This document shows, piece by piece, positions 40,713-51,486 of a stretch of DNA of 64,000 bases. The first letter of the stretch is position 1. The number at the start of each line of letters is the position of its first letter. The notes under the pieces are model-generated. The model was not told the DNA's origin. It did no database searches and saw only the letters and a list, made by a program, of their open reading frames with translations. A program made the translations under genes and the position numbers. This stretch comes from a virus (Duplodnaviria; Caudoviricetes), in IMG/VR virus record IMGVR_UViG_3300013936_000014; one strand, 5' to 3'.

Positions 40713-42458
40713 TCATTTCACCGTGTATACCCATGTTTTCGTTCCACAGTCGCATACGCGATGATAGCCAAGAGAATGCATTCTCTCAACTTCTCCCGCT
40801 TTTTGCTCTTGATAGCGGGTTCTCATGTCTTTTGTTTTGAAATTTATCCACACATAGTTCGGCGCATTCACCGAGACGCACTCAAAGCCAAGGATTTTAT
40901 ATAAATCTCCTTTTGTCTTTGTAATGTCATTATAAGAAGAGACGGTATCGCCACTATTCAAATGTTCTTCTATAAATTCTTTAAATAGTTTTGAGGCCCC
41001 TCCTTGCACCGTCACACCGTGCTTTGTGCAATATCTTGTCAGCTCCCATGTGTATTTATTGTTTTTAGGATGAGAAAAAGTCATACAAGCAACCAATTCT
41101 CCATTGTATTTCAATCCATATCCGAGATTGGCCCCCGAATTTCCCTGTATGTGGTTCTGATTCAGGAATTCGGAACGCTCTTTGGAGGATAATTCCACCA
41201 AAACGCATTTTCTTGCGGGAATCTTTTCTTTGTTCAGAATCAAAATAGAACTCAAGCGGTCTTGGATGGATTTCCTAATTCGGGGATCGTTCCATTCTCT
41301 TTCAAAAATAGTAAACAGAAAAACCCCTTTCTTTTCGGCGTTAAGAGATTTCTCCTGAGCCTGAGTGGACCTTCCGCCATGATCGGCATAGAAAATATCG
41401 CTATGCCAATAATCTCCGTTGAACTCGATTCCGATTTTGTCATCGGGCAAATAGATGTCTATCTCTTTTCCGTTCAGGACACTTCGGTCATTCTTGACTA
41501 TGTTCTTAACCCCCAAATATTCCAATAAATCAATGATCTCGTCCTCATAGCAATATCTTGGCGGATTCAAAGAGACAAGATCTTCCAATCCCCAGTTATG
41601 AACCTTCTCATAAATGACTGTTCTGTCGGATAGATTAAAGTAATCCTTCAATTCGTACACAGAGGGTTTCTCTGGTAGGGAAGAAAGAAAACCTTTCATC
41701 GCATCTTCTTCTTTCCAAACATCGAGATGATGCATTTCCTTTTGCATGTGATTCTGAACTCCATATTTCTCTAATGAAGTTTTAATTCTTTTCTCTCTAT
41801 ATTCTTTCGTTTTGGAATAATTATCAATGCCATACCTGTTTCGCGTGGTGCTCTTAATTTTTTCTTTTATTTCCTCTGACTTCATGACATTATCGACCCC
41901 GTATTTTTCCAAACAGGTTCGGGCCGCTTTCTCTTTTACATTCTGTAACTGCAAAGTCGAGACAACCCCGTATTTGTCTTCCGTCTTGCGTCTGATGACA
42001 TCGTAACGAAGCTCAGGGTCTTTGAACACCCCGTAATAAGAGAGTATCCTATGGAATACCGCGTAGGTGATCCCCAACGACTCGCACATTTCCTCAGAGG
42101 ACCTGTTCTGCGTCAAATACTGGGTTTTCAGCCAATCTACCGTATATTCTTTGCCGCAGACGGTGAATCTTTCCGCATCGATAAGCCTGATTGGGCTGTC
42201 CGCGGCGGTTTTGTTAGCCGCGCCGTATCTGACGATATTGGTATTTCTGATTTTGTTTTTCACTTCCTCAGATTTTTGCGTCTGGGAGTATATCTTCGAT
42301 TTGTCCTCTTTGGATCTCCGTATACCGTAATTCCTGAGATAGCGGTTGAAGGTCGCTCTTGCGACGCCAAAATGATCGGCGCATTGCTGGGCGGTGTGAA
42401 GCCCACGGACATAATATTCTTCTATTTGCTCTTTGGTGATGTTGTTTTTTTTGCCCAT
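40713..42458 (-). CDS. Free-standing Hef-like homing endonuclease, paralogue 3
   Basis: EKYGVDN repeats; EIDIYLPDDKIGIEFNGDYWHS; IPARKC...HIQG. Own promoter TTGCTT-16-TATAAT. Confidence 0.8.
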   Translation of the reverse strand: MGKKNNITKEQIEEYYVRGLHTAQQCADHFGVARATFNRYLRNYGIRRSKEDKSKIYSQTQKSEEVKNKIRNTNIVRYGAANKTAADSPIRLIDAERFTVCGKEYTVDWLKTQYLTQNRSSEEMCESLGITYAVFHRILSYYGVFKDPELRYDVIRRKTEDKYGVVSTLQLQNVKEKAARTCLEKYGVDNVMKSEEIKEKIKSTTRNRYGIDNYSKTKEYREKRIKTSLEKYGVQNHMQKEMHHLDVWKEEDAMKGFLSSLPEKPSVYELKDYFNLSDRTVIYEKVHNWGLEDLVSLNPPRYCYEDEIIDLLEYLGVKNIVKNDRSVLNGKEIDIYLPDDKIGIEFNGDYWHSDIFYADHGGRSTQAQEKSLNAEKKGVFLFTIFEREWNDPRIRKSIQDRLSSILILNKEKIPARKCVLVELSSKERSEFLNQNHIQGNSGANLGYGLKYNGELVACMTFSHPKNNKYTWELTRYCTKHGVTVQGGASKLFKEFIEEHLNSGDTVSSYNDITKTKGDLYKILGFECVSVNAPNYVWINFKTKDMRTRYQEQKAGEVERMHSLGYHRVCDCGTKTWVYTVK

Positions 42459-42522
42459 ATGCCCCGCCTTCCTTTCCTTATTATATCCGAGAAGGAGGCG
42501 AAAGCAACCTTTTTCGGCTGCC

Positions 42523-43161
42523 TCACATGTCGTCTCCCAGCCAATACATCGACGGGTCGATGCCGGGGGCGTCGTAGTCTCGGGTGAAAGGGTCGCCGAC
42601 CAGCTGCTCGGAGGTCTTGCCTTCGCCTATTTGGCTCATTGCGTCCTCCTGGGCGTCTTTGCCGGCCGACAGCATGTCGAGGTAAGAGGAGGAATCGTAC
42701 TCCGCCGCGTTTGAGTACAGCCCGAAAGGCACGTACCCCTCATGGATGGAGTCTCCTCCGGCTATCGCTTTGGGAACGATGTCCCTGTTGTCCACGTACG
42801 GATTGACCATCTCCACGTGCACGCCGTTGCCGCTGCTGTAATAATGCGTCGGCTGCCCGAGGAACCACCCCACTGTATAAAGAGTGCTCGTCCTTCCGGT
42901 CCTGAGCGCCTCCGTCACCATGGGGTCCGTGGACAGCTTTCTGTAGTCCAGGCCCCTCCCGCTCGCGTTGTTGGCGAACATCACCATGGCTGGAAGCCCT
43001 TCGGTGTCCAGCACAGGGACTATCACCGGCTTATGCAGCCCCCAGGCGGCCGCGATCCTTGGATAATCCTCCCGTCTTACGTACATCAAAGAATCGGCGG
43101 TGGAGGTGATGCCCCCGCCGCCGACGCCCCGTTCCGTGAATGTCTGCGAGGTGAATGCCAT
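42523..43161 (-). CDS. Hypothetical (possible minor head) protein
   Basis: ORF directly after the portal gene. Confidence 0.55.
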   Translation of the reverse strand: MAFTSQTFTERGVGGGGITSTADSLMYVRREDYPRIAAAWGLHKPVIVPVLDTEGLPAMVMFANNASGRGLDYRKLSTDPMVTEALRTGRTSTLYTVGWFLGQPTHYYSSGNGVHVEMVNPYVDNRDIVPKAIAGGDSIHEGYVPFGLYSNAAEYDSSSYLDMLSAGKDAQEDAMSQIGEGKTSEQLVGDPFTRDYDAPGIDPSMYWLGDDM

Positions 43162-43164
43162 GGG

Positions 43165-45117
43165 CTATTCCCCCTCGTCTATTCTTTCTTTGCAGGCTTC
43201 GCAGACGATCTGCCCGTCTTCGAGCTCAGCCCCGCAGATGGGGCATCTCGCCTCCATCGTGTCCCTGTTTTCCGCCGTGTTGCCCCCGGCGTCCCTTGAG
43301 GCCGCCGTGGCGTCGTTCTCGATGTCATTCTCATCGAGGGCCGGCCTTCCGACTTGGCTTTCGTCGGAGATCGCGTTTTGCTCCGCCTCCGCGGTTGCGG
43401 TGGCAGTTGACATCCAGGTGGAAAAATCTTTGTAAAAATCCAAAGTCTTGATGTAAGACATTATCGCTTTGGTATCTCTTAAGGACAGATCTTCGGCGGA
43501 TGCGAGCTTCGGCAGCAGGAAGGTCGCCCCTCCGGCCACAAGCTCCTTGAGGTATTTCTTCTCATTCTCGAACGAGAAGATGTCGCCCCAGATATGGAGC
43601 GTCCAATCGTATTCGAATCCAAGTTTGTTCCTGATCACGAAATTCAGCGCCCTCTCAAACTGAAGGGTGACGTATTTCTCGCGCGCGGCGGCCAAAAGCT
43701 GAGCCGTCTTCACCTGAGAGACGTTTGGTTTATCCGTGGTTATGGTCAAACCGCCCTCTCCGGCGCTGGTAACGAAATTCTGCGTCGCCTTCGTGATGAT
43801 GTCGCTCGAATTGACATCGGCGCTGAGCTGCTGCAATTTGATATTCTTGGCAGGCCACATCCACGCCTCCACATTAGTGGAGGTGACGGCGTTGAACATA
43901 TCCTGATACCCTTGGATGACCTCTGGGCTGAAAACGGATTCGTTCTTCCCGGCTCTGGGGCTGGGAATCGTTTCTATTTCGCCAGTAAGGACAGCGGTAA
44001 GAGGCGTGCTCGCGATGAGCCCGGCCAACTTGCCGTAATCGCTCAGTTCCTGCAGTTTCTGCAAAAGCCCCATCGTGTCGGGGGCGACCCAGGGGTTTGA
44101 GTTGTCGCTCCCGAAAGTGAAGCACATGTCGGCGGGGAGCCTCAGCCAGAAGAAATAGCTTCTCGCCTTCTTCCCCAACAGCTTCTGCTCTATCATGGAC
44201 GGATAGGAAACCCCTTCGTATAGAAAGGAGTAATCCTTGGCCAGATCGTAATTTATCGACGCGACCCCGTTCTCGTCCTGATACACGACGCCCTTAGAGG
44301 TGATGTCGTTCCATGCCTTCACCATGAACTCGCCGAAATCGGCCGGGGAATTCCCCATGTTCATGAAATACATCATGTTGAACGAGACAAGGAAGCCGTT
44401 TTGACCTATGCCGACCAATTTCACCCATTCGGTAGGAAGTTTCTGGAAAGTCGCGAAGGCCGTTTTCTTGTTCTTGCCCTCCCCGACGAATTTGTTCCTG
44501 AGGATGTAGCTCTGTTTGCCCTCCCTCTTGACTTCCAGCGCCATGGTTTTCAAAGTGGTCGGGATATTGAAGACCCGCAGCCAATCGTGCACGAGGTTGT
44601 CCTCGTTTTTGAAATCCTGCGCCTCATATTCGCTTTCCTTCTCAAGAAGAGGAGGGGTGACGTAGTATTTGTATTGCGGGATATCCGCGGCGCGGCGCAG
44701 GATGTTGTAGTATATCTGCTGCGCCCCGCTCTGAGACCACGCGAGGCTTCTGAGCTCGGATTCGTGCCCGCCTGGGTTCTGAAGGAATTCCAGAATATGG
44801 GCTTTGTCGAACTCCCTCGCCCCGCTGTAGAGGTTCTTGATCCTCTGATTCTGAAGGAAAGGGTTCAGTTTGTTGTACTGCATGGCCGTCGCGTTGATGT
44901 AGCGGGAATCCTCCTCGCCGCTTCTGTGGGAGTCCGCCTGCATGATCTTGTTGTACGTCTTTTGGTACCTCGCGCCGAGATCCTCCAAAGTTATGATGCC
45001 CGACTCTTTCTCGGACATCTCGAGTTTCTCGACGCTTTGCTCGTCGACGGTGTCGAATTCCTTTTCCGGGTGCTTTCTAGGCCTTCCCGCTTTCTTTTTC
45101 TTCGTTTCTGGCATCAA
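43165..45117 (-). CDS. Portal protein
   Basis: 650 aa just downstream of terminase; acidic C-terminus with a GRP motif. Confidence 0.7.
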   Translation of the reverse strand: MMPETKKKKAGRPRKHPEKEFDTVDEQSVEKLEMSEKESGIITLEDLGARYQKTYNKIMQADSHRSGEEDSRYINATAMQYNKLNPFLQNQRIKNLYSGAREFDKAHILEFLQNPGGHESELRSLAWSQSGAQQIYYNILRRAADIPQYKYYVTPPLLEKESEYEAQDFKNEDNLVHDWLRVFNIPTTLKTMALEVKREGKQSYILRNKFVGEGKNKKTAFATFQKLPTEWVKLVGIGQNGFLVSFNMMYFMNMGNSPADFGEFMVKAWNDITSKGVVYQDENGVASINYDLAKDYSFLYEGVSYPSMIEQKLLGKKARSYFFWLRLPADMCFTFGSDNSNPWVAPDTMGLLQKLQELSDYGKLAGLIASTPLTAVLTGEIETIPSPRAGKNESVFSPEVIQGYQDMFNAVTSTNVEAWMWPAKNIKLQQLSADVNSSDIITKATQNFVTSAGEGGLTITTDKPNVSQVKTAQLLAAAREKYVTLQFERALNFVIRNKLGFEYDWTLHIWGDIFSFENEKKYLKELVAGGATFLLPKLASAEDLSLRDTKAIMSYIKTLDFYKDFSTWMSTATATAEAEQNAISDESQVGRPALDENDIENDATAASRDAGGNTAENRDTMEARCPICGAELEDGQIVCEACKERIDEGE

Positions 45118-45511
45118 TAGGCCCTCCTTTGCGCCCGGCGGATGAGATTATCTCATCGGTTCTTCTGTCTATGATATCCAGCGCGTCCGAGATGCGTCTG
45201 AATTCCCTCTGGGATTCCGCCTCATAAGTCCTTGAGTTGATCGCGACCAGCTGGTCATACAGCCAGCCGTTGACGCAATTCTCCTCATGGGGCTCGTTCT
45301 CCTTGCCGTATTCCTCGATGAAGAACGCAGGGTATCCGGCTTTTCTCAGTTTGGCGCCCACCTTCCTCGCGTCGACCTTCTGGATGGTCGAGCCGAAGTA
45401 CAGGCAGCCGTTGATGTAGAGAAGGTTGCCCATTTTCCCCAGGTCTTTGTAAAGGCTCCCGAAATTGCCGGCGCCGTTATGGAAATTACTCGTAATCTTG
45501 CAGCAAATCAT
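45077..45511 (-). CDS. Hypothetical protein
   Basis: ORF with SD GAAAGGAG. Confidence 0.55.
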   Translation of the reverse strand: MICCKITSNFHNGAGNFGSLYKDLGKMGNLLYINGCLYFGSTIQKVDARKVGAKLRKAGYPAFFIEEYGKENEPHEENCVNGWLYDQLVAINSRTYEAESQREFRRISDALDIIDRRTDEIISSAGRKGGPIDARNEEKESGKA

Positions 45512-45640
45512 AGTCTCTCTCCTTTCGCTTCTGGGTCCAATCGCCCAAAGCCGCGATAAAACGGCTGTTTTATTCGAGAGAAATAATGCTGATTCTCTCC
45601 TTTATCCATATATACAAATATCGTTTTTCGTGACTCCGTT

Positions 45641-47581
45641 TTAGTCCGCAAACGGGTTTTTCCCCGCGAAAGGAGACGGGTTTCTGCGCCTCGTCTCGCC
45701 CGGGAAAGAGCTTCTCTCCATCCTTCCGAACCATTGGGAAGATTTGTCGGCTTGGGGCTTGGCCACCGACTCTTTGTTGAAATATCTCAGGTAATCGATG
45801 CCGCCGTCGTCCCCCAATGCGCTGTCTTGCTGCAGCTGGTCTATCCACCAGCAGGCCATGATGGCGACGTAGTTCCTATCGTCGTGCATCTTGCTGCTCT
45901 TTTCGGGAGACAGACCGAAGGTCACCGTGCCTTTCGGGGTTTTGAATCTCGTCATGCAAGCCATCTCCTCCTTCATCATGTCCATCTGGATCAAGGAGGC
46001 CAGCTCGTTCCGGTTGAGCTTCCTCTCCGTGCCATCGTCGAGGACGATGTGGTCGCCTTTCGGCGCGCGCGGCGGGAATTTGATGTCGCCCAGCGGCACG
46101 AGTTTTCTTGCCGACTCGAAAAACTGGTTTCTGTATCTCGTAGGCTCAAGGATATGCAAGGATCCCCCAATTGCGTGAGGGAAAGCCTCAGCCCATCGTT
46201 TCATGTTTTCGGAATCCTCATCATAAAGCCCTGGATGCATATTGCCCCTGGAGTCTTTCCAGTCTTTGCAAAGCTCTTGGGCGATAGCGGGGGCTTGTCC
46301 CCCTACGCCTGCGTCCATAAGGACGGTGACGTTCTCATAAGGGTAAACCTTATCTCTGCCATTGTATTCGTAAATTATCTCTCGGAGCCTTTGGACCTGC
46401 TCGTCGATTCTCATGGGTCTCTTTGACCCATCGCCGAACGTGACGATGAGGTTCTCCATGTGGATGAACCTGCCCCTTATGTGCCCGTCGTCGTCCGTCA
46501 GTATTTCCGTGATGAGCACCGGGGCGTTGTCCACCTTCGCGGCGGGGTCGTAGGTGATGAGGTATTTGTGTTTTCTCCCTCCCCAGCCGAGCTGCGGCGG
46601 GATGTTCTCCTCGTTCTGCGCGATGTCTGTCCTCGACACGACGCAGTCCTCGATATCGAACCTGTCGAATATATTGTAATACTCCCTGTTGCAGGCAATC
46701 TCGTTTTCCCTCCTCTTCCTCTCGATTTCCTCTTGGGAAAGCAAAGGCTTGACGCTTATGCCGTTGATCGTCGGATGCAGAGGGATCTCGCAATTGAGGT
46801 CGGCGACGAAGTATTTGTCGTTGCCGACGAGCATCTGCTTCGTGCCTTCCCTGTATTTTTCCCAGAACAATGAGTTGGTGTCGGAAGCCGATCCGACATA
46901 CAGCCTTAGGTTCGGGACCTCTTGGGGATAGACGTCCGGGTCGTAGGAGGCACCAGTTTTAAAGTCAGCACTTTGAGTGACGAATGGTTCCGTTGCATCA
47001 AAGAAATCCTTTGGAATTGTTCCAGCTTCGTCATAAATGTTAACATTACTTCTTTTGCCCCTGACGGTTTTCGCCGTGCCGGCGACCGCCTGAATGAACG
47101 AATTGTTCGACAGATCGCATCTGTCGCCCTTCTTGGCGTCGTGGGTGAAGCCATCCGAGTCCGATTTGGATTTCGCGACCTCATCCCAGAACACGGTGTT
47201 GTCGCTTATCAAAGTCTTGACGGTGTGCTTGGCGATGCTCTCCATCGTCTCGAACGTCTCATTGGCCTGCCTGGAGCCGCTGGACATGATGTGTATCTTC
47301 GATTTCGGATACAGAAGGGACCTCGCTTGCGCGAAGATCCCCACGAGGAACGATTTGCCCGCGTTTCTCGAGCATACCCAGACGACGTATTCTTTGTTCC
47401 AGGACATGGACAGAAGCCATTTCTGGTAATCCATCAAAGGTATCTGGAAGATCTTCTCCACGAACTGGACGGGGTTTCTTCTGCCCCACTGGATCAACGA
47501 CACGTACTTCCTGAGAGACTCTTCGTCCCTCAGGGTTATGCCATTGTCGGTCATGTTTCCGTAAACGCTCAGCATGATCAC
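45641..47581 (-). CDS. terL: Terminase large subunit
   Basis: SRNAGKS Walker A, RGKRS..IYDEAG Walker B, YDPA and HDDR nuclease motifs. Confidence 0.9.
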   Translation of the reverse strand: MIMLSVYGNMTDNGITLRDEESLRKYVSLIQWGRRNPVQFVEKIFQIPLMDYQKWLLSMSWNKEYVVWVCSRNAGKSFLVGIFAQARSLLYPKSKIHIMSSGSRQANETFETMESIAKHTVKTLISDNTVFWDEVAKSKSDSDGFTHDAKKGDRCDLSNNSFIQAVAGTAKTVRGKRSNVNIYDEAGTIPKDFFDATEPFVTQSADFKTGASYDPDVYPQEVPNLRLYVGSASDTNSLFWEKYREGTKQMLVGNDKYFVADLNCEIPLHPTINGISVKPLLSQEEIERKRRENEIACNREYYNIFDRFDIEDCVVSRTDIAQNEENIPPQLGWGGRKHKYLITYDPAAKVDNAPVLITEILTDDDGHIRGRFIHMENLIVTFGDGSKRPMRIDEQVQRLREIIYEYNGRDKVYPYENVTVLMDAGVGGQAPAIAQELCKDWKDSRGNMHPGLYDEDSENMKRWAEAFPHAIGGSLHILEPTRYRNQFFESARKLVPLGDIKFPPRAPKGDHIVLDDGTERKLNRNELASLIQMDMMKEEMACMTRFKTPKGTVTFGLSPEKSSKMHDDRNYVAIMACWWIDQLQQDSALGDDGGIDYLRYFNKESVAKPQADKSSQWFGRMERSSFPGETRRRNPSPFAGKNPFAD

Positions 47582-48909
47582 TTACCGTCCCACATTTTGT
47601 ATTCCCTGGAGATGAATTCCTGGATTTCGGCCTCTGAGATCCCCTTCTTCCGGTATTCGCCTTCCAGCTCTTCCAGTAGCTTCTGCTTCGTTATCTTGCT
47701 GCGGCAGATCCTCAAAGCCTCCAAAGCGTCTTTCGAGACCCTTTGAGCCTCATGAACCATTTCTGATTGCTGAGACAGGATATCGGCGTAATCTGTTCCG
47801 GATAATTTAACCTGGTTCATCTGGGCGCGGAAGCTTATCTCCGCGACCTCCCCGATGCTTTTTGACGTGGCTTGGTCATAATAATTCGTTATGCCGTCAT
47901 CGTAATACTGAGTCTCAACCTGATTCATGACATCCGAAAGCATGCCCCTTCCGCCGTTGCCCAATGTTTTGCCCGTCGAGAACCCGTTTTCCTTCGACGT
48001 CGCGTTGATGATCGCCTGTATCTTGGCGATCATCGCCAGGAGATTGTCTATGGTCTCCTGGGTTTCGGGATCCACTTCGCCGCCTTTGAGAAGGTCGGAG
48101 ACCCTGTTCTGGTATTTGGCGATGGTGGAGTAGTTCTTGACGATCTCTATCGCCGCTTTCTGCTTTGTGATGTCTTTCCTCAAATTATCGGTCAACAACC
48201 CCGTAAGATCTCGATAAAGCTGCGGCTTGTCTTGCTGAAGCTCCTCCTTGAAGGGGTCATAGCCGATGATGCTGATGATCTGCTGCCTGTTCTTTTTGTC
48301 ATCTTCGGAAAGGGACAGCAAGCTCAGATCCTCGCTGTAGACCTTCTCGAAATTCTCCCTCTTCAGCTGTGATCTGAAAGTCAGCCCCGAGTATTTCGGA
48401 TCCGCTTCCAGATACCTGATGTACAGCTCAGGCATCTGCTCGAGCGCCTTCTCCGAAGAGAACAGGATATGGCGGGCCAATTGGCTGTCATAGAAGACGT
48501 TGTATCTGTAGCAGTAATCGAAAAGGGCGTCTTCCGAGGACGCCCCTTTTTTGACAAGGTCCTGATAATACTCCTTCCCATTCGCCGGAGCGAGGTCGGC
48601 TGTGTCCACTTCCCTTTCTTCGAATGTTATTTCGTTTTTCGCCGCCTGGTTTTCCGCAGGCGTTCTTATGTTTTCCTCAAACTCCTTCTCTTTTTCCTCT
48701 TCCACTTTTTTCTCCGCTTCCCGCTCAAGCTCGGAAGCCGCCGTTCTCTTCGCGGCTTTTGGAGAGGAATTCGCCTTTTTGCCGCCGTCTTTCTTCTTCA
48801 GGTCGGCTTGCTTGGCCGGAGAGGGCTCGAATCTTTGGGGGGCCACCTTCGCGTCGCCCCCGAATGTAAATCCGGATCCGACGGTGGGCGCCGGTTTTGT
48901 TTTTTTCAT
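47578..48909 (-). CDS. Hypothetical protein upstream of terL (candidate small terminase)
   Basis: Coupled to terL; IIGYDPF motif; position. Confidence 0.45.
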   Translation of the reverse strand: MKKTKPAPTVGSGFTFGGDAKVAPQRFEPSPAKQADLKKKDGGKKANSSPKAAKRTAASELEREAEKKVEEEKEKEFEENIRTPAENQAAKNEITFEEREVDTADLAPANGKEYYQDLVKKGASSEDALFDYCYRYNVFYDSQLARHILFSSEKALEQMPELYIRYLEADPKYSGLTFRSQLKRENFEKVYSEDLSLLSLSEDDKKNRQQIISIIGYDPFKEELQQDKPQLYRDLTGLLTDNLRKDITKQKAAIEIVKNYSTIAKYQNRVSDLLKGGEVDPETQETIDNLLAMIAKIQAIINATSKENGFSTGKTLGNGGRGMLSDVMNQVETQYYDDGITNYYDQATSKSIGEVAEISFRAQMNQVKLSGTDYADILSQQSEMVHEAQRVSKDALEALRICRSKITKQKLLEELEGEYRKKGISEAEIQEFISREYKMWDGK

Positions 48910-48928
48910 TTTTTCCCTCCTTATTCCG

Positions 48929-50263
48929 TCAATTCAGGTATATGTCCATATTATACAAGTTGATTCCTTCGAAAATGAGCAATTTCTGGCTTGCTTTGCC
49001 GAACAGCCTCTTGCTGAAGGCATACTGCTCCGGCCCGACTATGCTTGAGTTGACTATGACATTGCACCCCTCGAACACCTTCTGCTTGGGGCTGTGGTAA
49101 TGCCCCATCAAGACATAGTCGATGTATCTGTGGGTCGCGCCCACCATGCTTTGCATCGATTGGTTTATGGAGTCGTGATGGCCATGGGAGAAGACAACCG
49201 TTTTCCCATTCATGAGCTCGAACATGCCGATTTCCTCATTAAGGGGGCTTTCCTCGAATTTGATTCGGGTTTCCTTCAATCTCTCTTTGAGGTAGAAGTC
49301 TATCAGTTTGCCGAAATTCTCCTTTTCTATGTGCTGCTTGAGGTCCGCCATCACCCTTGCGTGGTTGTCCGTGCAGCTGCGGTAGATGACTTCGGGGGCG
49401 GCCTCCTGCAGCTCGTTGAGGGCATCCGCGATTATCTCGGACGCGACCATCACCTGCTGCACGACGTCAAGCTCTTCCTCGAGCCTTGCCGTGACGTGGA
49501 TGATGCCATGGATGGCATCGCCGAGATTGAGGAAATTGAGCCTTCTCACATGATTTCTTTTGCAAAGGGCGACCGTGTCTTTCACGAGCTTGTCCACTCT
49601 TCTCCTGGCTTCATTCACGTTGTAAGAATTGTAGAAATCGTCGACCTGAACGCCTATGTGCAGATCGGAGAATAGGAGAATCGCCTCATTGTCCGTTCGC
49701 TCCTCTCCCTCGTATCTGGCTTTTGGCAGCTCTTTCAGCTCGGACACCGCTTCTTTGATGGTGTCCTTGAGGCTTTGTATCCTGGCTTCGTCCCTCAATG
49801 TCCTTCTGTATGCGTTCCATGTGTCCCTTGTTTTGGTCTGCTGTATGTAAAGGTCTCTCTTGATGGCCGCGGTCTCTTCCTTAAAGTCGTCGAACTCGAG
49901 CTCCTCGACCGTTTTGTCGGACAGCACTTTCGGGTTTTTCTCGAGCGTGCCGGCCGCCAATTGCTTGTCTTTGAGCCAGATTCTGAACGTCTCTCCGGAC
50001 TTTTGGTTGCCGTCTTTGTCTTTGGCCCCCAGCGTCGTCGCCAATTCGTTCCATCTTTTCTCGCTGGTTGGCAGCGACTTGTATCTCATCCCGATCTCAT
50101 ACATCTCCTGATCGGTGTATTCCCCTGGTTCTTTGTTGAATCCGTCGAGGAATTCATTGAATTCTTTCTTGGTTATCCTGTCGGCCATTCTGTGCCCTCC
50201 TTCTGCTTCTGGATTTGCTTCTTTATCCATATATACAAATGTCGTTTTTTGTGACTCCGTCAT
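48929..50263 (-). CDS. Calcineurin-like metallophosphoesterase
   Basis: SDLHIG, LGD, DNH, SHGH and GHYH motifs. Confidence 0.85.
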   Translation of the reverse strand: MTESQKTTFVYMDKEANPEAEGGHRMADRITKKEFNEFLDGFNKEPGEYTDQEMYEIGMRYKSLPTSEKRWNELATTLGAKDKDGNQKSGETFRIWLKDKQLAAGTLEKNPKVLSDKTVEELEFDDFKEETAAIKRDLYIQQTKTRDTWNAYRRTLRDEARIQSLKDTIKEAVSELKELPKARYEGEERTDNEAILLFSDLHIGVQVDDFYNSYNVNEARRRVDKLVKDTVALCKRNHVRRLNFLNLGDAIHGIIHVTARLEEELDVVQQVMVASEIIADALNELQEAAPEVIYRSCTDNHARVMADLKQHIEKENFGKLIDFYLKERLKETRIKFEESPLNEEIGMFELMNGKTVVFSHGHHDSINQSMQSMVGATHRYIDYVLMGHYHSPKQKVFEGCNVIVNSSIVGPEQYAFSKRLFGKASQKLLIFEGINLYNMDIYLN

Positions 50264-51084
50264 TCTTTTTCCAAAGTTTGCATTTTAGCCAATCTTCTTT
50301 TCTCTCTCTTGCAAAAATTCTTGTTTTCCTGCCTTTGTTTCTTATAGCAATCCTCGCACACCTCTCTCTTTGTGTATCCGGTTATCTCGAACCTCTTGCC
50401 GCAGATGGGGCAGACCCCAAATGGTTTCTGCACGAATTCCTCGGCTCTCAGTATCGCCTCCAGCGGATCTTTGAATCTCAGGGCCTCTTTCCCGGATTTC
50501 GCGTAGAACACCGTCTCCGCATAGACCTTCCCCCTGACGCACGTCGAGGTCAGAGGCCTTCCGGCCTTGATGTTCGCCTTGATCATGTTTTCCGCGACTT
50601 TGCAATAGACCTTCCCTCCGTTCGCGTGCCAGAAGCAATAGGACCTGATGTCGTTGGTTATCTCGAATTTTCCTTCGGCGTCTCTGTAGAATTTCTCTAT
50701 GCACAGCAGATTGAACAGGTATTTCCTGAAGACATAGGTGGAGTTCAGCGAATTGATCGCGTCTATCTCCTCCCGGTAAAGGACGTGCTCTTTTCCATAG
50801 TCCAAAGTGAGGGTGTGGGAATATTTTTTCTCCATGGCCCTTCCGTATATCAATCTGAATCTTCCCTCCAGCTCATCCTCCGCTATCGCATCCCTCTTCC
50901 GCCCTTCGGTCGGGATGGACCTCCATTTCTCGAATATCCTGCTTTTGTCCCATCCCAGAGAAGACAGATAGGCGCACAGCGTCAGCTGCTGCAGATATTC
51001 CTTTTTCCTCTCCCATTTGTCCCCGTCTGAGTATTTTCCCTCGCAAAGGACTTTGACGGCGTTCGCTTTCCAGTCGAATATCAT
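50260..51084 (-). CDS. Hypothetical protein with C-terminal Zn ribbon
   Basis: CPICGK...CEDC; SD GAGGAGG before MIFDWK. Confidence 0.6.
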   Translation of the reverse strand: MIFDWKANAVKVLCEGKYSDGDKWERKKEYLQQLTLCAYLSSLGWDKSRIFEKWRSIPTEGRKRDAIAEDELEGRFRLIYGRAMEKKYSHTLTLDYGKEHVLYREEIDAINSLNSTYVFRKYLFNLLCIEKFYRDAEGKFEITNDIRSYCFWHANGGKVYCKVAENMIKANIKAGRPLTSTCVRGKVYAETVFYAKSGKEALRFKDPLEAILRAEEFVQKPFGVCPICGKRFEITGYTKREVCEDCYKKQRQENKNFCKREKRRLAKMQTLEKE

Positions 51085-51457
51085 ATGCACGCACCTCCTC
51101 GTGCGCATCATATCATTTTCTCTTCGAAAGGTCAATGGCCAAATGCGTTTTCCCTTTTTTAAATGCCTCTCGGCTTCTCCCATCCCAAAGAAATACATAA
51201 AGAAAGTCCTTCCCCCCTCTACTCCCCTCTTTCTTTCCCTCGCTCGCTTCGCTCGCTCGGGATATCCACTTTAGCTCACTTCGTTCGCTATAAGTGTAGG
51301 CTATGCATATATTTTTTGTGTTTTCTTTTTCTAGTATACGCAAAACACTTAGAGCAGGCGGGCGCGCGCGGAATGTTATGTAGCAACCAATGCATATGCA
51401 AATCGCGCGCGACGCGCTCCAAATCAAGGAAAAAGCGGCGGGAAACGGAGAAAAGCC

Positions 51458-51486
51458 TTGACTCGCCGCCCCCGGCGTGATAGAAT
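51458..51486 (+). promoter_or_regulatory. sigmaA-type promoter of the RNAP operon
   Basis: TTGACT-17-TAGAAT with extended TG and an upstream A tract. Confidence 0.7.

Noticed and set aside
7476-50254. Long plus-strand ORFs opposite structural genes (e.g. 7476-8468, 15882-17168, 39095-40198)
   Set aside because: Shadow frames of codon-biased minus-strand genes, with no motifs or SD sites.
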